IMG/VR virus record: IMGVR_UViG_3300043448_000837 | Location: 32,001-96,000 of that record | Direction: 5' to 3' (one strand) | Source of the DNA: a virus | Length of the DNA: 64,000 nt | In this document: in pieces, positions 10,157 through 19,807 of the stretch | Layout of the letters: each line of letters starts with the position of its first letter | Numbering within the stretch: position 1 is the first letter of the stretch | Made by a program: the position numbers and the translations under genes | Notes under the pieces: model-generated | What the model was told of the DNA's origin: nothing | Database searches by the model: none | Seen by the model: the letters and a program-made list of their open reading frames with translations, nothing else

Positions 10157-10962
10157 TAGTTTACGGAGTTGAAGGAGAACATTTTGAGCTCAAAGTTGCG
10201 AACACCGGAGCTTTCGTAAACGATATCTTTGTTCTTCTTGTAAATCTCGTAAGCGTCGAACACCGAAGAGAAGTGAAGCGGGCGGTCAGCGGGGCTGCTT
10301 CGCCAAAGGAGCATTTCCTGGAGGGACAGTGGAACGTCGATATCCCACTGCTCGTCTCGCGAAGAGTACAGGAGGGGAAGGGCGTCATTCCGCCACCAGT
10401 CGCAGATCTGGGGGCTGTATTCATCCCAGGCCAGAGGATCCGTAAGGTGAGTGTCGCAAGTTTCGCGAATCCAGTTCACGTACTGGCGACCACGCTCAAC
10501 AACAAGTTTGGCACTCGCCGGAACTTCTTCCAGGAAGTAAGCTTCCTCGTCACCACGAACGACCCGCTCAATAACCGAGGGGAACAAGAAGGACTCGGAA
10601 ATAAGGCGGAAGTCCTCAGCACCTTCGCTAACCAAACGCAGAACAACCTCAAGGATCGACATAGTGGTTGCAATCTGAAGCTCTTCACCCGAAGCATTAA
10701 CTTTTGGTTTCTCGTTCGACAAACCTTTTCGCAGGAGGCTCAACTCGCGCTCAAGGCGACGAACCTCTCGACCCATTTCTCTCTCGAGTTTGTTCTTGTA
10801 AATCTCCGACTGGGTTACCAGATTGTCGAATTTGTTGTCGAGTTTCTCCAGCTCGACGTCCAGCTGCTCCACGGATATCTTCAAGTTGGATAATTTTTTC
10901 TTGAGAGAAGTTACCGAAGAGCGTATTGAGTTGGTTGCAAAAATTAGGTTGTCAGCAGTCAT
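10156..10962 (-). CDS. Hypothetical protein with N-terminal coiled coil
   Basis: Heptad-rich N-terminus; coupled genes. Confidence 0.7.
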   Translation of the reverse strand: MTADNLIFATNSIRSSVTSLKKKLSNLKISVEQLDVELEKLDNKFDNLVTQSEIYKNKLEREMGREVRRLERELSLLRKGLSNEKPKVNASGEELQIATTMSILEVVLRLVSEGAEDFRLISESFLFPSVIERVVRGDEEAYFLEEVPASAKLVVERGRQYVNWIRETCDTHLTDPLAWDEYSPQICDWWRNDALPLLYSSRDEQWDIDVPLSLQEMLLWRSSPADRPLHFSSVFDAYEIYKKNKDIVYESSGVRNFELKMFSFNSVN

Positions 10963-11516
10963 CAGATTGGGCGAATCGTTGCTCTTAGTTGGTCAGTGTT
11001 GACGTCGATGACCTCAACGTTAAACGAGTATAGGCTCTCAGGGTCGCTAAGTAAGTGAAAACTCCCCTCAAAGCGGTCACCATCCCGAGAACGCAAGTAA
11101 AAGTTACCAGGCGTGGGTGGCGAGCAGAGTGCAATGTCGCCTGCGAATTCAGGGTTGGACTCTTCAATCGCCGTGACAAGCCTCTGGTAGATTGCAGAAG
11201 CCGCTGCCATCTCACTGTCGTTTGAAAACTGCGCTCTGAGTTCGCCTTCAATCGCTTCCAGACTTGCCGCGATCCCCGTGTCAAGAACAATCTCGAAAGT
11301 TTCGCCTTCGCCCCGAGTCAGGAAACAAACTTCCTCCGAGTCAAAGTTGCATTCTTCCGGGTTATCAAATGCTTGGAAGCCATGCTCCAGAAGCTCGTAA
11401 AAGGTCTCTTTGATTGTTTCAGCGTCAGGGCCACCCAAGTAGTTGGCGATGGCGTGAAAAATACGAGGGTTGGCGAGCAAACGCGCCACCGGGTAAATCA
11501 GCTGTTGTTCGTCCAT
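10962..11516 (-). CDS. Hypothetical acidic protein
   Basis: 184-aa ORF in operon. Confidence 0.7.
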   Translation of the reverse strand: MDEQQLIYPVARLLANPRIFHAIANYLGGPDAETIKETFYELLEHGFQAFDNPEECNFDSEEVCFLTRGEGETFEIVLDTGIAASLEAIEGELRAQFSNDSEMAAASAIYQRLVTAIEESNPEFAGDIALCSPPTPGNFYLRSRDGDRFEGSFHLLSDPESLYSFNVEVIDVNTDQLRATIRPI

Positions 11517-11587
11517 TACAGTGCTCCGCCGAAGCAGTATAACGATCTCGTCGTTTGGTAATCGTTTAACATGGTTTTACCCGGCGC

Positions 11588-13582
11588 TCACAGTTGAACT
11601 TCTTCAAGGTTGGCCACCTTGATTCCTTTCGCCCCAGGGCGACCTTGCTTCACAGTGCTGAGGCTAAGCTCCACCTTCCTCTTGCGTATCGAAACCCAAG
11701 GAACAGAGTAAGAGCCTTCACCAAGGTACACAAACTCAGCCTCGGCGGGTAGCCAGAGTTTGCCTTTGCTGGTTGCTTTGCAGAGGTCTTCGCCACTCAG
11801 CACCAAAGCCTTGAGTTGACCCTCGAGTTTGAAGACACACAGGTACTTCCGCTGAGAAACTTCGGCTTCGCGTTTCGCGAGAGCCACAGGGCCATAGCCC
11901 GTGGAGATTGGACCTTTGAAAGTTGCCCCAACCTTCTTCAAGAAGCCATCCTGGGTCATTAAAACCACTTTTTCCTTCGCGTCGACGACCATAGCACCCC
12001 TTGGCCCCTTGGCCTGTTCAACCATGCCTTTTTTCAAATCAATCTTGAGAAACCGGGGCTTGGGCGGGGCTGGGGGCCTCTTCTCCCCGGTCCTCGGGCT
12101 GACGGCCAGGCTTCCGGCCGGAGGCTCCACCAGGGCGCTCCTGCGGGCCTCTCCGTGGCGTTTGGCGAGCTCAGTGATCTGTGTGTACACCCACTTATGG
12201 CGCACCTCTTTGTTCTTTACCAGCTCGTCTAGAGTTTTCAGGCGTTCCTCAAGGGTTTCCTTCTCGGCTTCCAGTTCAGCCTGGTCAAGACCAGTAAGTT
12301 GACGAAGGCGCATTTCAAGGATTGCTTCGGCTTGGTCTCGTGTGAACTTGAATGGGCGGTCTACAAGGGCAACGAGTGCCTCTTTCTTTGAGGCTGACTC
12401 CTTAATCTTCTTGATGATTGCGTCAATCTTGTCGATGGCCTTGATGAAGCCCATCACGATCTCAAGGCGCTGCTCGGTGAGGTCTAGCTCCTGGGAGAAC
12501 TTTCGCTCCAGGCGAGCCATTCGCCACGAGAACCATTTCTGACAAATTTCAACTGGGCTGAGCTCAACGGGTCGCGTACCGTCAATAACCAGCGTTTTTG
12601 CTGAATAGCGAGTGTCGAGATCGGTGTATGCGTAGAGTTGCTCAACCAGCTGCTCAGTTCCGACATTGGGCTTCGCAACAATCGTGACACGATCTCCGGA
12701 GAGATCAGATTCGTCGATAACTTCTGCGATTCCATCGAGTTTTCCTTTCTCTAGAGCGTCACGAACTTGTTCACCGAGTTTCTCAGGGTTGACCCCAGGC
12801 GGGAAATTCGTGAATGTAAGTGTGCCACGATCTTTTGCCTTGCCACTTCGTTTCTGTACGCCTGACTCGTACTTAGCGCGGCAGCGAATGTTGCCAGAGC
12901 CTGTTTCCTTGTACCTCTTGAGTTCTTCGTCATTAACAATGTCGCAGCCAGTTGGAAAGTCAGGAATTAGGAGTTCGCGTGCTTTCGCCTCCTTCGGGGC
13001 TTTGAACTCGCACGCAAGTTTGGTGGCCTCTACAACTGCCCGCAGAGAATGGGGTGCCAGCTTCGTTGCGAATCCTACGGCAATACCTGTGTCGCCATTC
13101 AGCAACACCGAAGGGATCGCAGTGTTAAACCGTTCTGCCTCTTGGCGAGATCCGTCGTAGTTCGGCCTCGTCTCCCAGGTGGCTTTGTCCTGCAGAAGCA
13201 GTTCAACAGCGGAGGGTCGAAGTTTACACTCGGTGTAGCGAGCGGCTGCAGGACCGTCAACGGTGCTACCGAAGTTTCCGTGACCGTCAACCCACGGAAC
13301 GTTGTTGTTCCAGGTTGTGGCCATGTTGACCAGAGTGCCGTAGCAATCGCCGTGCGGGTGGTAGTAACCCATCGCAAGGCCAGTTACGCGGGCGCACTTC
13401 ACATAGCGTTTGTCTGGCATCAACCCTTCCTCGAACATCGTCTGAAGGACGCGACGCTGGGCAGGTTTCAAACCGTCATACATGTCTGGGATGGCTCGCC
13501 CAAGTAGGACGGCCATCGAGTAAGCCATGTAATCCTCCTTCATCTGGGAGGTTAGATTGGTCGTTGTTAGGTTTTCTGTCAT
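11588..13582 (-). CDS. gyrA: Type IIA topoisomerase subunit A (GyrA/ParC)
   Basis: RAIPDMYDGLKPAQRR, YHPHGD, GNFGS, AAARYTE catalytic Tyr, PDFPTG, QAEAILEMRL. Confidence 0.93.
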   Translation of the reverse strand: MTENLTTTNLTSQMKEDYMAYSMAVLLGRAIPDMYDGLKPAQRRVLQTMFEEGLMPDKRYVKCARVTGLAMGYYHPHGDCYGTLVNMATTWNNNVPWVDGHGNFGSTVDGPAAARYTECKLRPSAVELLLQDKATWETRPNYDGSRQEAERFNTAIPSVLLNGDTGIAVGFATKLAPHSLRAVVEATKLACEFKAPKEAKARELLIPDFPTGCDIVNDEELKRYKETGSGNIRCRAKYESGVQKRSGKAKDRGTLTFTNFPPGVNPEKLGEQVRDALEKGKLDGIAEVIDESDLSGDRVTIVAKPNVGTEQLVEQLYAYTDLDTRYSAKTLVIDGTRPVELSPVEICQKWFSWRMARLERKFSQELDLTEQRLEIVMGFIKAIDKIDAIIKKIKESASKKEALVALVDRPFKFTRDQAEAILEMRLRQLTGLDQAELEAEKETLEERLKTLDELVKNKEVRHKWVYTQITELAKRHGEARRSALVEPPAGSLAVSPRTGEKRPPAPPKPRFLKIDLKKGMVEQAKGPRGAMVVDAKEKVVLMTQDGFLKKVGATFKGPISTGYGPVALAKREAEVSQRKYLCVFKLEGQLKALVLSGEDLCKATSKGKLWLPAEAEFVYLGEGSYSVPWVSIRKRKVELSLSTVKQGRPGAKGIKVANLEEVQL

Positions 13583-14040
13583 GCTACTTTCTTAACGTAC
13601 TTGGTCCAGCGGCCAAACTTGGGACCCCTCTTGCAGTCTGTGATTGTGATGTACCGTTGGTGCTTGTGCTCCTTGAACGGAATGTGAGCCTCAAAGGTTT
13701 CCCCGGTGCTAGGGCGAGTGAAGATTGCCCTAACGTCCCCTGTGCAGTTAGTCACCTTGATCCGCCAACCGTACGCGGTGTACTGACCGTTGACAGGTCC
13801 GTAAGAGGCTGTGATCTTGCAGTTAGATCCGTCGGCAAGATCCCGGCCAGCTACGCTGTCCAATGGAATTCCGTGGCGAACGGAGGACAAAACCTCGTAC
13901 AACCGGGAAACGTCGAGGCACCCCGTTTTAATCAGATGCTCGAGAAGGTCGGGGCTATCATCCATCAGGGACGAGTACTCTGTGAGCAGCCTCCTGCAAA
14001 GAGGCTCGTGAAGCTCGGCAGCGCGGTCAGTTGTGGCCAT
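13579..14040 (-). CDS. Hypothetical protein, possible PD-(D/E)xK-type nuclease
   Basis: GRDLADGSNCK loosely resembles a D...xxK nuclease motif. Confidence 0.35.
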   Translation of the reverse strand: MATTDRAAELHEPLCRRLLTEYSSLMDDSPDLLEHLIKTGCLDVSRLYEVLSSVRHGIPLDSVAGRDLADGSNCKITASYGPVNGQYTAYGWRIKVTNCTGDVRAIFTRPSTGETFEAHIPFKEHKHQRYITITDCKRGPKFGRWTKYVKKVA

Positions 14041-14305
14041 CGTTTGAAGGAAGGTTTTGAATTCGCTCGATCAAGGTGTCTACAGCGTCCACTGTGCAAA
14101 ACCGAATCACATCGTTGGTGATCTCAGTTTCGTACGTCAGGTGCGCGTGCTTGCCCTCATTATGGCTCAGGACGGCCACTTCGTAAAGCGCATCCTCGCC
14201 GACTTCGTATTCCGGGATAACAGAGATTCCGTAACCGTTGTCAAACAGCTCCCTATGCTGGAACCCAGCGGGATGGGGGAAGAGTTTAAGATCTTCGAGC
14301 TTCAT
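14027..14305 (-). CDS. Hypothetical protein (paralog of 42556..42846)
   Basis: Shared FDNGYGxSV...YEVAV...YxTxITxDV. Confidence 0.7.
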   Translation of the reverse strand: MKLEDLKLFPHPAGFQHRELFDNGYGISVIPEYEVGEDALYEVAVLSHNEGKHAHLTYETEITNDVIRFCTVDAVDTLIERIQNLPSNDGHN

Positions 14306-14511
14306 TCTTCAAACAGCTGTGCGTATTCCTCTTGAGTGGACATGTCCTCGATCTCACCGATTAGTTCCTCGTCGGTGTAACTCCCGATGTAATTCAGTTG
14401 GGTATCGACGAAGAATCGCTCAAGGTCGCGAGTGGTCATTCCGTCAAGATAACGCTCAACAAGCCATTCCACAAGATAGGAACGTTTTTCAGGGGTCAAA
14501 ATAGTCATCAT
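14302..14511 (-). CDS. Hypothetical protein
   Basis: Coupled small ORF. Confidence 0.6.
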   Translation of the reverse strand: MMTILTPEKRSYLVEWLVERYLDGMTTRDLERFFVDTQLNYIGSYTDEELIGEIEDMSTQEEYAQLFEE

Positions 14512-14525
14512 TAGTAGTAGCGGGA

Positions 14526-14723
14526 TCAGGCCAGAACGGTTTCGATAACGTTCTCAGAGATGCCGAAGTATTCGCAGATAGCAACGCGACGATTGGTTTC
14601 AGCGGAAACCTCGAAGGCAATATCGCGAACTTCGTCGAGGTTAATATATTCTTCACCGTCAACAAGGCAACCGTTGTCGCTAAACATCAGAGCGTAGGTA
14701 AGCATGGGGGTCGTTTGATTCAC
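14526..14723 (-). CDS. Hypothetical cassette gene (leaderless GTG start)
   Basis: Start 7 nt after TATAGT of the repeat. Confidence 0.6.
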   Translation of the reverse strand: MNQTTPMLTYALMFSDNGCLVDGEEYINLDEVRDIAFEVSAETNRRVAICEYFGISENVIETVLA

Positions 14724-14730
14724 TGTAATT

Positions 14731-14796
14731 ACTATAGCGCGTTTTGCCCGTTCTGTAAAGGGTGCAAACCGCCCTGGCAGGTACGGTTAACCGCCC
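14731..14796 (-). repeat. Cassette/promoter repeat copy 1
   Basis: GGGCGGTTAACCGTAC..GGGCGGTTTG..TTTACA-N17-TATAGT; abuts TGA at 14797. Confidence 0.9.
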
Positions 14797-15129
14797 TCAG
14801 GCACTCTTGAGAACCAGGCGGTCGGCACTGGAGCCGACGCGAAAGGTGCCATTCCAGAGATAAGCACCCCAGAAGTAGGGGTCCTTGTCGGAAACATTCT
14901 GGAACTCGGCGGTAATCGAGCCGTACTGCTTTTGACGATCAACCTCAAACTCCAAGTCACGCAGGTTGCGAACGCCGAAGAACTCTTTCAGGTCTTGCAG
15001 TTTGCTGAAGTACAGATCGCCGACTTTGAACCCAACGAAACGGTTGGCATCGGTCAAGTCCGCACCTTTGCGAACGTATCCGGCTTTGATGACTTGGCCA
15101 GCGACAAGGTTGGAAACGGTTTTCTTCAT
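14797..15129 (-). CDS. Hypothetical cassette gene
   Basis: Exactly bounded by two repeat copies. Confidence 0.75.
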   Translation of the reverse strand: MKKTVSNLVAGQVIKAGYVRKGADLTDANRFVGFKVGDLYFSKLQDLKEFFGVRNLRDLEFEVDRQKQYGSITAEFQNVSDKDPYFWGAYLWNGTFRVGSSADRLVLKSA

Positions 15130-15135
15130 GTAATT

Positions 15136-15201
15136 ACTATAGCGCCTTTTGCCCGTTTTCGAAAGGGGGCAAACCGCCCTCCGAGGTACGGGAAACCGTA
15201 C
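15136..15201 (-). repeat. Cassette/promoter repeat copy 2
   Basis: TTTCGA-N17-TATAGT, ATG 6 nt downstream; abuts TAG at 15202. Confidence 0.9.
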
Positions 15202-15450
15202 CTACTCGGATATTGAAGCGGGGCGGCCCCAGCGGGCGAGCCGCAGGATGCCAGCGTCTCCATCGCCTGCACAGTGCTCAGACCAAAAAGCGATGATTTC
15301 CATTTCCGTCGGCCCCTGCGGCTCGGGCTGGGCCAGAGCGGCGTTGGCTTTAGCTACCAGCGCAGTTTCGTACCCTTCGTACAGGCTGGTGTGCCTGTGA
15401 AGTTCTTGGGTTAGCTCAGCGCACAGCGCACGGAAATTGGGTTCAGTCAT
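15202..15450 (-). CDS. Hypothetical protein, FRALC/QPEPQGP family
   Basis: Paralog of 15447..15752. Confidence 0.65.
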   Translation of the reverse strand: MTEPNFRALCAELTQELHRHTSLYEGYETALVAKANAALAQPEPQGPTEMEIIAFWSEHCAGDGDAGILRLARWGRPASISE

Positions 15451-15752
15451 TGTTGTTCTCCAGTAGTGGCGGGGCGGCCCCAGCGGGCGAGAACGGCGCG
15501 GGCAAAGTCCAACTCTTGTCTGAACTCTTCGGCAAGGAAACCATGGTAACAGGATGTTTCCACTCCGTACAAGCTCATTAGCTCTTCATCTGTTGGCATA
15601 GGCCCCTGCGGCTCGGGCTGGGCCAGGGCGGCGTCAACACGAACAGCAAGCGGTGACTGTTTGATGCGCTCGACTGGAATGCCGGAGTCGATGGCATCCA
15701 TCAGCTCTTGGCACAGCGCACGGAAGTCAGTTTTGGTTTCGTTCGTTTTCAT
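15447..15752 (-). CDS. Hypothetical protein, FRALC/QPEPQGP family
   Basis: Shares FRALC, QPEPQGP and ARWGRPA. Confidence 0.65.
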   Translation of the reverse strand: MKTNETKTDFRALCQELMDAIDSGIPVERIKQSPLAVRVDAALAQPEPQGPMPTDEELMSLYGVETSCYHGFLAEEFRQELDFARAVLARWGRPATTGEQQ

Positions 15753-15758
15753 GTTTTA

Positions 15759-15825
15759 ATCATAGCTCATTTTCGCCCCAGCGAAAAGGGGGCAAACCGC
15801 CCTCCGAGGTACGGTTTCCCGTACC
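15759..15825 (-). repeat. Cassette/promoter repeat copy 3
   Basis: -10 TATGAT, ATG 6 nt downstream. Confidence 0.85.
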
Positions 15826-15838
15826 TGCTTGGACTTTA

Positions 15839-16318
15839 CTACGTGAAAAGATATTCTTTCCACTCGGGAACAATGCTGCTGTTCAACGTTAGAAGAAAAC
15901 GACTGAACGGCGCGTGGGGTCTTCTGTTCAAAGGAACTCCCCACTCTTCTGGCGTTCTGTTGTCCTTTACGTTGTTGCAGGTGTAGCAGCACGCTACCAT
16001 GTTCTCCCAAGTATCTCCGCCTCCCCGCGACTGCGGCAAAACGTGGTCAATCGTAAGGTCACGATCAGAACCGCAATACTGACAAGTGAAACCGTCACGT
16101 TTTAGAATGAGGCTACGAGAAGGTTTCTTTGCGTTGATGCGCCGAATCGGAAGCCGCACGTATGTGAGCAAACGAATGACTTGCTCGGACAGAATCTGTG
16201 CTTTTTTCTTCAGCACGAGCACAATGGCACGTCGCCAGGAGCAGACGTTGAGAGGCTCATAGCTGGCGTTAAGTACGAGAATACTTCTGTCGATGGCTAG
16301 AGTAGTAGGCGATGACAT
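15839..16318 (-). CDS. HNH endonuclease (McrA-like)
   Basis: ILVLNASYEPL, RDGFTCQYCG, TIDHVLPQSRGG, CYTCNNVK. Confidence 0.9.
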   Translation of the reverse strand: MSSPTTLAIDRSILVLNASYEPLNVCSWRRAIVLVLKKKAQILSEQVIRLLTYVRLPIRRINAKKPSRSLILKRDGFTCQYCGSDRDLTIDHVLPQSRGGGDTWENMVACCYTCNNVKDNRTPEEWGVPLNRRPHAPFSRFLLTLNSSIVPEWKEYLFT

Positions 16319-16321
16319 AGT

Positions 16322-16795
16322 TTAACAATCCCCGGTGTAGCAGCCGTCGTAAGGGTCGAAGCCTTGCTCAAGATCCAAGTCCCCTTCCTCCTCGTAGCTA
16401 GGATCCGTATCAATTATAACGTGACCCAGGTAAATCATGCCGTTCTCGTAGCTGCACTCGAACTCCTGAAGTTCTGCGGAGAACTCCAGTATGTGACCCA
16501 GGCCCCTTTCTACGACTTCAGAAAAGTCGGGGTCGCGAATATCGTCGACGCGAATCGCACCAATGGTGCCGGAATCCACCGAGTACTCATTTCCATACGA
16601 ATCCTCGTAGACACCGTCGCCGTAGGCGGTGCCAAACATGAAGAACTTACGACCGTCGGCCAGAATAAACTCGTGCGAGGAGTTGTCGAAAGGAACTAGG
16701 CTGCATACTTCGTCCCATGCGTCGTGCATCACGTAGCACAGATCGCCAATATAGTAACGGACGGGAAGAGAGTTGCTCATTTCGGTTTCGTTCAT
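16322..16795 (-). CDS. Hypothetical protein
   Basis: YYIGDLCYV...TAYGDG..VDSGTIG; leaderless start. Confidence 0.75.
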   Translation of the reverse strand: MNETEMSNSLPVRYYIGDLCYVMHDAWDEVCSLVPFDNSSHEFILADGRKFFMFGTAYGDGVYEDSYGNEYSVDSGTIGAIRVDDIRDPDFSEVVERGLGHILEFSAELQEFECSYENGMIYLGHVIIDTDPSYEEEGDLDLEQGFDPYDGCYTGDC

Positions 16796-16801
16796 GTAAG
16801 T

Positions 16802-16857
16802 ATTATAGGTCAGCTTGGGAGCCAGCGGTCAGAAAGGTAGGCGGTTTGAGAACCGGC
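16802..16857 (-). repeat. Divergent cassette/promoter repeat copy 4
   Basis: TATAAT with ATG 6 nt downstream; degenerate CGG boxes; abuts TAG at 16858. Confidence 0.55.
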
Positions 16858-17049
16858 CTACTCGGCTTCCTGCCAGGCGTTGATGGCGTCTCGGGCGATC
16901 TCGTCGTCGGTCATCTGGGCAGCGTCATAAGGCTGGTCGAGGATGTAGCGGACCTCGGCCTCAGCCGCGTAGCGGCAGTCCCAGCCGGCACCGTGCTCGG
17001 CCCAGGCGTCGACAATAGCCATGATCAGTTCGAATCGGTTCATTTCCAT
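16858..17049 (-). CDS. Hypothetical cassette gene
   Basis: Start MEMNRF 6 nt after TATGCT. Confidence 0.65.
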   Translation of the reverse strand: MEMNRFELIMAIVDAWAEHGAGWDCRYAAEAEVRYILDQPYDAAQMTDDEIARDAINAWQEAE

Positions 17050-17055
17050 GCTATA

Positions 17056-17121
17056 AGCATAGCTCATTTTGCCAGTTCTGCAAAGGGGGTAAACCGTCCT
17101 CCCAGGTACGGTTAACCGCCC
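17056..17121 (-). repeat. Cassette/promoter repeat copy 5
   Basis: Supplies the TAA stop of the kinase gene (..QGG*). Confidence 0.9.
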
Positions 17122-17864
17122 TGCGCCTCAGCGAGTAGGCGAGTCAGCAGGCGGTCTACCTCCGGCCACTGGGCGCTGGGCCGGTACTTGCGCAGGCGGA
17201 CCACGTGCGACATCTCAGCTGCCAGGGCCTGGGTCCACAAGGGTTCCCCCAGCCTTTGGCGAAGGTGGGCGCACAGAGGCGCAGGGTCGCCACCTGGGTG
17301 TGAGTTGAACAACCGGTGGTAATCGCTGTGCACAGACTGAAGTAATTTACCCAAGTCGAGCACGTAAGACTGGAACAAATTTTGCTTGAAGTTAGGGTCG
17401 ATCAGAACGATGCCCCCGTTATTTTCTACAATGATGTTTTCAAGCGTCAGATCTCCGTGTGAGAACGAGGATGGTAGTGGCTCAATTTCGTCGAGGATTT
17501 CGAAAGTTCGACGAACTATATCACTGTCCGCCAGAGCGACGTGCTCTGAGTGAAGACGATCTTTGTAAGAAACCCAGTCTGCATTTCGCGTTGCTGGGAC
17601 CGTTGACCACAGAAGAATCTGGTCTACCAACGTGTCAATCAGGCGAGTCGATTCAATCTGCGTGCCGCAAACTCCTTCGACAAACTCAATATCGTACTCG
17701 GAACTGGACACGCAAATGGTTTGAGGAAGTCGAATCCCTGGTGTCAAAGTGTACCGCGAGGCAGTACGAAACCAGTCGCACTGCTCAGCGGCATCCTTAC
17801 ACTTCTTTCGTATGAAATCCCCGGAGAAATCCAGGGTCGCACCACTACTTCCCTTCACGAACAA
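17112..17864 (-). CDS. APH/choline-kinase-family phosphotransferase
   Basis: HGDLTLENI, LIDPN, DLGKLLQS. Confidence 0.85.
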   Translation of the reverse strand: MFVKGSSGATLDFSGDFIRKKCKDAAEQCDWFRTASRYTLTPGIRLPQTICVSSSEYDIEFVEGVCGTQIESTRLIDTLVDQILLWSTVPATRNADWVSYKDRLHSEHVALADSDIVRRTFEILDEIEPLPSSFSHGDLTLENIIVENNGGIVLIDPNFKQNLFQSYVLDLGKLLQSVHSDYHRLFNSHPGGDPAPLCAHLRQRLGEPLWTQALAAEMSHVVRLRKYRPSAQWPEVDRLLTRLLAEAQGG

Positions 17865-18558
17865 GCTCCCGAATCCGAGCGCAATCGGCCTCGTAAGTTA
17901 GATCGCCCCAAGTTACACCCAGGGAAGAAAGCGAGATTGCCTCCCGAGTCTTGGCCATGTTGATCATATCGGTGATTTCAACCTCGCCACGATCACTCTT
18001 ACGCAGCTCACCAATCGTGTTCAAGTAACCAGCTGGAAAACGCGCGAAGCCGCAGAAGTAACGACCTTCCAGTTGGCCATGAGGTTTTTCAACTACGTAA
18101 TCTTCAATCACGGTAGCCAGCTGCAGGTTTCGCGGACTCAGTGATTTGTGCAGGAAGGTGAAATAAACTGAATTGTCAAGATCTGAACTCAGCAGAACTC
18201 GTTCTGCAATTGGCATTACCCCTTGATAGTAGTTGTCCCCAAACAATACGGTAAACGGTCCGTCAATCACACCGGCCCACGTTGTAATGGCAGCGCCAGG
18301 ACCATAGGTGTCTTCACTCTGGAAGCGCACGATCGGATCACAAATCTTTGATACTTCGTCAAGAACCGGGTGGTAGATCCGTGTCCCGTCCGTTTTCACT
18401 GCCGACCTTGAAAGTGTCAGGTAAATGTTCTCGGCTCCGTTATCCAGAGCGAACAGTGCCGCCAAGTAGGGAAGCGACATGCCATCAAACTTCTCCTCAA
18501 GTTTATTTCGGCCGAACCGAGTGCTACGACCGGCAGCAAGAATGAGTGCGTTCTTCAT
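17845..18558 (-). CDS. Sugar-phosphate nucleotidyltransferase (RmlA-like)
   Basis: ALILAAGRSTRF..K, FGDN, VEKP, SDRGEVEITD. Confidence 0.88.
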   Translation of the reverse strand: MKNALILAAGRSTRFGRNKLEEKFDGMSLPYLAALFALDNGAENIYLTLSRSAVKTDGTRIYHPVLDEVSKICDPIVRFQSEDTYGPGAAITTWAGVIDGPFTVLFGDNYYQGVMPIAERVLLSSDLDNSVYFTFLHKSLSPRNLQLATVIEDYVVEKPHGQLEGRYFCGFARFPAGYLNTIGELRKSDRGEVEITDMINMAKTREAISLSSLGVTWGDLTYEADCARIRELVREGK

Positions 18559-18911
18559 TGTGCGATTTCTTTGTATTTTGCGGAGAACTGAGCGGGTGTC
18601 ACCGCTTTGTCGTCAACGTAGTACGCCGCCCACGGTTTTCCAATCTGAATGGAATCGTAAGGCACATCGTATTTAGTGCAGAATTTTTCGATTTCCTCGA
18701 TAACTTCTTGCCTCACACTTTCGATATTTCCGTTTGAGCGCCCCATTCCACGAGCCGTATGAAGAATAATCGTCCACCCTGCCTCCTTCATTGCTCGCAT
18801 ACCCGTGATAACTTCCATCTTTGGGCGCGAGTTCTCGTAGTCCCTGTTTACCGTGATAAGGATTGTGTCGTCAACGTCGAAGACAATGGTTTTCTTTGGG
18901 TCGGGAATCAT
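18555..18911 (-). CDS. HAD phosphatase (capsule-biosynthesis type)
   Basis: FDVDDTI, HTARG, GKP, YVDDKA. Confidence 0.88.
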   Translation of the reverse strand: MIPDPKKTIVFDVDDTILITVNRDYENSRPKMEVITGMRAMKEAGWTIILHTARGMGRSNGNIESVRQEVIEEIEKFCTKYDVPYDSIQIGKPWAAYYVDDKAVTPAQFSAKYKEIAQ

Positions 18912-18932
18912 AGAGAGTCAGGAGCTGATCTA

Positions 18933-18976
18933 AACATAGGTCGCGAGAGCTGCAAGTAAAGGGCGGAAACCCGCCC
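18933..18976 (-). repeat. Partial cassette/promoter repeat copy 6
   Basis: GGGCGGGTTTCCGCCC then TTTACT and TATGTT. Confidence 0.5.
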
Positions 18977-18982
18977 AGTTTC

Positions 18983-19807
18983 TCACACAGGAATGACTTC
19001 TGTCGTCAGAGTTTTTAGGCGAATCTCAGCGTATCGAGAAAGCCACTCGTCCTTCGTCCGTCTGGTCTTAGGTGTTGCCAGCTCAGAGAACTCAGCGCAG
19101 ATTCGCTCAACCGTCTCGTTGTTGGTTTGAAGTTTCCGTTCCAGGTCTTCGCAAGTGCCACCACCACCGGTGTGTTGCTTTGCCTTGACGCAAACGTTGT
19201 CGAACCGTAGGGTTCCCTTTCCGTGCACAGTGTGGTACAGCGACAGGAAGTAATCGTCTTTCATGCTGTACTCCGTGATTCGATCAAACGCTGGGTCGCC
19301 AGCGTAGAAACCGAAGGCGTGGCCCATAATGAACTTAAGACCCACGGTGATCTTAGGGTGGAGGAAGCCTTTGTTACGCACTGCGTAGAAACCCCAGAGG
19401 CCGACATCTCGTCGCCCGCTCATTCGAAACCCTCGCTCAATCAGCTCGGACATATTTTCCACCGAGTTTAGGCGGCTCGGGTGGTCCAGCGGCTTTTGCG
19501 TCCCGGTCAGCGGGGCAAGCAGTTCGAGTTCCTCAACGGCGCTAACATCGTCGTCAAATGAAAAAACAGCTGTTCCCTTGTCGTAATAGTTGGAAATGAA
19601 GCGACGTTGATTCGTCAATCCTTTCTCACCAACAACAATCTTGTACTGCGGGTTTGAACTTTGATATTTTTCCAACTCCTGGTCGTTGGCCACGAACAAA
19701 GTCACTCGGGACAGATCGACGTCGGTTTTTTCAAGATAATTCAGAGTCAGTTTTCGGACGCCGTCTGGGCGCCCGTAAGTTGGTATGGCAATCTGGTAAT
19801 CAAGCAT
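18983..19807 (-). CDS. GT-A glycosyltransferase (TET-associated/GREB1-like)
   Basis: Start MLDYQIAIPTYGRP; FDDDV; KDDYFLSL; GGG; overlaps the dioxygenase stop. Confidence 0.8.
   Translation of the reverse strand: MLDYQIAIPTYGRPDGVRKLTLNYLEKTDVDLSRVTLFVANDQELEKYQSSNPQYKIVVGEKGLTNQRRFISNYYDKGTAVFSFDDDVSAVEELELLAPLTGTQKPLDHPSRLNSVENMSELIERGFRMSGRRDVGLWGFYAVRNKGFLHPKITVGLKFIMGHAFGFYAGDPAFDRITEYSMKDDYFLSLYHTVHGKGTLRFDNVCVKAKQHTGGGGTCEDLERKLQTNNETVERICAEFSELATPKTRRTKDEWLSRYAEIRLKTLTTEVIPV

Noticed and set aside
11516-11572. 18-codon ORF after the GGGTAAAA motif as a leader peptide
   Set aside because: Too short to support; it may be chance despite its stop touching the next ATG
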